Position numbers and translations under genes: made by a program
Assembly: GCA_051294375.1 (NCBI GenBank)
Contig: CM119264.1
Span: 7,908,579-7,972,578 of the forward strand
Direction of reading: 5' to 3'
DNA length: 64,000 nt
Source: Paraspadella gotoi
Taxonomy: Eukaryota; Animalia; Chaetognatha
The notes under the pieces: generated by a model
What the model was told of the DNA's origin: nothing
Databases searched by the model: none
The model's input: only the letters and a program-made list of their open reading frames with translations
Shown: one piece after another, positions 58,501 through 64,000 of the stretch
Position numbering within the stretch: the stretch's first letter is position 1
Layout of the letters: each line of letters starts with the position of its first letter

Positions 58501-60410
58501 ATTAGCAAATAAAGAAAAAAGAAATAGAAAACAATATAAATAAAACGAGAGAGTTTATTTTTGTATTATATTGTTTTCAGAAAGACTAGATCAAAGAGGT
58601 GGTTTGATTGGATAGAAAGTTTAGAGGGCGAGCGCAGGATTCTCCAATCAAATCTACACTAGAGCAAACGAAGCTTCGAGTAAAGAGCGCAGAAATACTT
58701 TTGAAATTCAAAACGCAGGACCTTTTTTTTTACAGTAATTTTGTTCTTTGTTTTTAAAGTTTGTCCAGGATTTTCGTGCGGCCGATTGTAGCCTTGAATT
58801 AAATTTTGGAAAATAACCGGCGAATTCCGTCTCATCTTGGATTTCAAACTGGCGACTAGCAGCGGTCCCTTGCGTTTGGGCGCAACTTTCTCGGGGCAAA
58901 AAAAAAAGGCGGAAAGTTGGGGTGACACGGAAAAGAGTTGGATAAATGGATATAGTCGTCGTCGTCGTCGACGAGAAAAGAGGCGGGGTTGAGTTATCGA
59001 CCGACAACGCTCACGCCGGGAATGAGAGTAAGAATGTCGTCCAATTAAGTGCGGCGGCGGCCTGGCGCTTCCAATCGTCGATAGGGCGGCGTAGTTGTTG
59101 GCCATGTTGCGTAACAAAAAGACGTTCCTGTAGTCATATTCGCAGAGGAATCTATTGGTCCATCAAGTAGAACCGTCGCCCCAGCGCAAGAACCTTTGGT
59201 AAACGAGGGATTTGTTGGTTTATTTTGCTTATTTAATTATTTAAGTAGCTACTTTTTGGGTTTGCTTTGATTTAGAAAAAAAAAGATTGTGTCAGTTTCC
59301 ATAAACAAAAATAAGAAAAATAAAAACTTCGCATTTAATTAACGACTTTGTTAATGAAAATGTTATTCTTACGCTATGGGCTACATTGTTGGACAAGCGA
59401 AACATTCTAGTGGTAGACATTGTTCCTCGCTCTCTATGACCATCTCCGGAAGGCTGGGGATCGTTTTGGAGCAAGCTGAAACAAAATCCGGTCGAAACCG
59501 AATAGTCTGAAAATTATGAAAAAGGAGAATGAATTAAAATAAACGAAATTTATTATTGCGCCGTTATGAATGAGACGATGAATCAATAATTAATCATCAT
59601 TAATAAAAAAATCATGTATGTAATTAACCGAGTGCAATTACCGGAAATGACTCTTTTCAAGTTTATATTAATGTTGAATTCATTTCCAAGCGAAACGAAA
59701 CAGAAGAGTCATTCAAGTCGCCGCCTTCCCAAGAACTTTTTTTCTTTCTTTCTCAATTTCTGCATTTAATTCATTCATCGGGCAAACAACTGATCAAAGT
59801 TTTATTCCATTCATACTGCATTCATGTCGCTGAATGTTTCCGGAATTACATTCGGTTAATTAAAGTAAAAAGTTTTCTTTGTTTTCAATCCCAGGCCTGA
59901 GCTATTTCCAGGTTATTGTTGTTAAGCAGTAAGAACGTTTCTCCCGGATTAATTCATTGCATCAACTATGAATACGCCCTGCATTTCATTCCATTAAATC
60001 GCGGTGAATGTTCCTTCTCCGGTTTTTAATCGCCCCGGTCGCCGGGAAAAAGCCCCCCCGTCTCTCGAGCAGATACCGTCCTGCCGACCCGGAATTAGAA
60101 CAATCTCCGCATCATTCTGCATCTTTGATTAAGTTATGAATCGTGTAGCCTTTTCCGACGCCTCTCTCTCTCTCTCTCTCTCTCCTCTCTCTCTCCTCCT
60201 GCTCTCTCTCTCTCTCCCTCCTCTCTTCTCTCTCTCCATCTCTATATGCAATGAAAGCTGGATTAATTTTTTCCTCTCTAACGAGGTGCTGCCTGCATAT
60301 TGGGGGCCGGCCTTTTGAATGGGGTGGCAGCCGTCAGGAATCCAAGGGGGAAAGAGTGGCTTCGCTGCGGAAGAAGAGCGCGAAAGAGTGACGGGTAGGT
60401 AAAGGGGAAG

Positions 60411-60450
<40 letters not shown>

Positions 60451-60697
60451 GAGAGAGAGGAGAGAGAGAGAGAGAGAGAGAGATAGAGAGAAGAATCTTC
60501 GCTGTAGTTGGTAGCATTTACTACAAATTTTATGCTAATTTGGAGAAAAACGTCGCTGGTCGGAACACTGAGACATAGAGAGGGAAAAATGAGAAGGAGA
60601 ACATCATCTTCCCGAGGAGGCAGAGAACTCGCTCTCTCAGTTTGATTAAAAGAACGAAAGAAAGAAGAGAAAGAAAGAAGAAAGAAAGAAAGAAGAA

Positions 60698-60730
<33 letters not shown>

Positions 60731-60912
60731 AAATAAAAATGAACAAATAAAATAAATAAAAAAATAATTAAACAGAAAATGAATAAATAAATGATAAATA
60801 TATAAATAAAAAGAAAGACAGAAGATAGTAAGAAAGGCAATATTAATTCAAATAAATATATATATTGAATAAATAAGATAATAAAATAATATTTAAAAGA
60901 AAGAAAGAAATA

Positions 60913-60956
<44 letters not shown>

Positions 60957-63469
60957 AAATAAATAAGAAAATAAGAAAATACGAGCGCGGTAATGGCAGA
61001 AATGATTCTTTCTCAACGATTACTGCATTTTCTCGTTTAACGCAAGAACCACGGCGCAGTTCGAATCAGCATTAATTAATGTATATTGAAAACCTGATTT
61101 AAAAATATATAATATTCAGGGTTTAACATTAACTTGGTATAATTCAATTAAAAACTGAAACTGTGAACTGGAGAAAATTAAATTTTCGTTTTGAAAAAGG
61201 TTTAAATTATTTTACATAAGTAAAGCTTTATGTATTCTGAAATAAACGTAACAAATTTGCAGTTAAAACGATAAAAAGATAACATAGTAAACTCGTGTTT
61301 ATTACTTGATTGAAAAATATACTCATAATCGGAAAAATTCATCAGCTTTTGTTTCGATTTCTTTAATCTTACTTAAATTCATGAGTCATAAGAAACATCA
61401 CACATTGTAACCCGCCACAACCCAAAAAGTTACATATTTTTATTCCAAGAAAAATTGGTCAGTGCTCTTCAACTAATCGTGACTCTTGAGGGCATGAGCA
61501 AGTGAGCAGGAGCAGTGGGAGCAGTGAGCAGTGAGCCACTGAAGCACTCGTGACTGTTTCATTAACAGAAAAATTATTTTCCTGATCGATAAAGAACTGT
61601 GTAGGAGGCGGCATCTGCGGTGTCCTTTGCGGCTACGGTGGTGGCTGGTGGCAGCTGCTGCTGCGGGCGGCGAACGGAAATTTAAGTTAATTACAATTTA
61701 CATTTCCAATTGGCGGTTATCGCGGACTTCCCTATTTTCGGTCCGCAGTATTATATGCCAATTTTGTCATCCTTCCTTTCCCTTACACCGACCACGACAC
61801 GCATTCGAACGTCTGTTCCGCAAACCTGCACGTTTGTTCGTATCTCTTTGTCCGTTTTGTTCGCATCTTCTTCCTCACGCCCGCTCTCCCCTCTCACGAT
61901 CGGCGCAGGTTGCAGTGTAATAATCTCGCGACGATGCCCGGCTTGGCTAGCGGAAAGTCGGGAGCGCATGTGGTTAATTAAAAGGATGGCATGCGTAATT
62001 AAAAATCCCTCGATCTATTTCTCCGCGCGGACGCGAGAGGTGCGAAGGCGCGCGCCTTCGAAACCCGTTGCAAACGCCGGCCGCCGATGGCGCCACTTAA
62101 CCCCCAGTACGGCGGGATTTTTCGCCACACCGGGTTTTTTTCTATCGCCCGCTGCAACGGCGTCTCGGCACCAAAATACCCTTTAAATTTGTCTGTTTCG
62201 TTCATACTGCAAGTGCAACACCGTTACTGAGACGCAAAATAACTGGTAAGGGGGGCATTGCAATAAGTTCAACCCCAGCCTGTTGAGTATTAACACCTTA
62301 TTTGAGTATATCATCAGCCTCATAGAGGTACCAGGGATCGATCCCCAAGGGTAAACCTACTACGGAGTACCGCAGATAGGTAGCCGTCGTAACCGCTTGA
62401 GAAACTGGAAAATTCTCAAGTTGGTTTTTCAAGCCTAGGGCTCGGTTTCCATTGCGGATAGCAACTCTTCAGTCCACTTAGACCTCCTTATCCACATAAA
62501 TACCGGTCATCACACGACCACATCCAAGGCCATAAACACAAAAAGCCCACAACTCACAAACAACACAACGCAGCATTAGAGCCGCAAGAAGTTTAGCGCG
62601 TTGATCCGTTTTTTTTTATTTCTTCCTTCGAAAGAAATTGAAGAAAATCGTCGGCGATTAGCGTCTGCAACCTGACAGACGATCGAAGATGGCGATGCCG
62701 AGAAGGTACAATCAAAGACGCGAAAAGTCGCACGTAGCAGGCGCAAGTTGATTAGCGATTAACGAGTGCCCGTCGAATGTAAGTACATAAGTCTAATAGA
62801 CATTGGTCTATACAATCAGTATTTTATTTGAAATCAAGTAAAAAATAAACGTAGTGGTAGTTAGATAATAAAAAGATTAAAAAAATACCCATAGTCCTGG
62901 CGAATTATTTTCTAAGCATGACGTGCGCCGGAAGCCTCGTGAGCGATATTGCTTCCGATTGTTCAACGTTACTTAAGGATGTCTGATTGGAAGTAAATAA
63001 AGTTGATTAAGAACAAATATTAGTTAGAATATTGAGCGAGTTTGTCTAGAATCCTGCAGCAGCCCCTTAGACCGTCTAAACGCTTTTTCGCCCATCCTCG
63101 AAACCCGATTAGTAGCCCTCGTCCCGCAGTCTCACCCCCCCCGAGCCGTAAAGAATCAGGCTGCGTGAAAGCGCGAGAAAAATGGAGCAAGAACTTAAAA
63201 AGAAGGGAGAACGGGAAGAAGAGAGAAAAATAATAAAATAGTGAGGGAATGTGGAAATAGAAAAAGAAAAAGGAAGTTAAAAAAAAGAAATAATGAAAAC
63301 TTATTTGATCTGAAAAGAAATTAGGACAAATAAATATTTTAAACTTAAAACTGTAATTCATTATAAAATTGAGTCAACAAAAAAGGGGAAAAAAATCTCA
63401 AAGAGAGAGAGAGAGGGAGAGAGAGAGAGAAAGAAAGAAAGAAAGAAAGTAAGAGAGAGAGACAGACTC

Positions 63470-63990
63470 CTTCAAGCCTTCCAAGGATGCTGCATAAACT
63501 TTTGAAGGGCCTCTTGTCTGGCATCAGTCATTTTCCCGTTGCTCTCCAAACCTGAAGAAAAGAGAAAGATTGTTTACGTTTTCATCTACTTGATTTTCGA
63601 TCGCATCAATGTCTCGTTGACTCGCCTTGAACTATCGTCTCCAGAATAACTTCGATGGCTTCCTTTACGAATCTGGACAATGGAATAGAAACAGCATCAT
63701 TATATTAGAGATCAATAATAGTATTTCCCCCATCGGCATTAAACCAGGAACGCCTGCTAATCGAAAGTGAAACGGCCAAAGAGATTGTGACGACGACGAC
63801 GACGACGACGACGAACTCACTTCTCCGGAATGTCGCACAAGGGAATCTTCTTAAAGTCTCTCCCGGCCAACGCGGTCTTAACTTCGTGACCCCAATCGCT
63901 TTTGACCGTCAATCGGACGGGCAAGATCCACGGTTTGTCGCGGTAAAGGTCGCAGGCCTCGTGGAAATAATTAGGTGATTTGCACGCTGT
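63470..63990 (-). CDS. Partial gene entering from the right edge; unknown product, weakly TIR-like
   Basis: AG/GT-bounded open exon 63990-63821 (TACKSPNYFHEACDLYRDKPWILPVRLTVKSDWGHEVKTALAGRDFKKIPLCDIPE). Candidate downstream exons near 63672 and 63551 do not join cleanly. Confidence 0.4.
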
Positions 63991-64000
63991 CTAATTTTAA

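Noticed and set aside
59010-59505. Second, frameshifted LMO copy on the minus strand (pseudogene or antisense source)
   Set aside because: It lies inside the indel-rich mirror arm with errors spread evenly over exons and introns, which is best explained as an assembly artefact.

Overview
Eukaryotic animal genomic DNA. The troponin I sequence looks protostome/spiralian-type; introns are short, GT-AG, and microsatellites are very dense. Hand-splicing gives seven intron-containing genes: two tandem troponin I paralogues (-), a CXorf58-like gene (-) head-to-head with PLEKHM2/SKIP (+), a GPI-anchored three-finger (Ly6/uPAR) protein with a large His/Asp-rich insertion (+; its His-rich first exon is not in the ORF track), an aquaglyceroporin (+) and an LMO1/3 (Beadex-type) LIM-only gene (+). 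A partial gene lies at the right edge. About 42.2-63.2 kb consists of large indel-rich inverted duplications around N gaps, most likely assembly artefacts. Best leads: (1) the His-rich three-finger protein; (2) a 42-codon open frame plus stem-loop directly after the troponin I stop, encoding a peptide resembling the vertebrate TnI inhibitory/switch region; (3) a TnI paralogue lacking the inhibitory region; (4) an aquaglyceroporin with His at the first ar/R filter position; (5) two structured non-coding elements, one dispersed with covarying stems and one hammerhead-like. All family assignments come from recalled motifs, not database searches.
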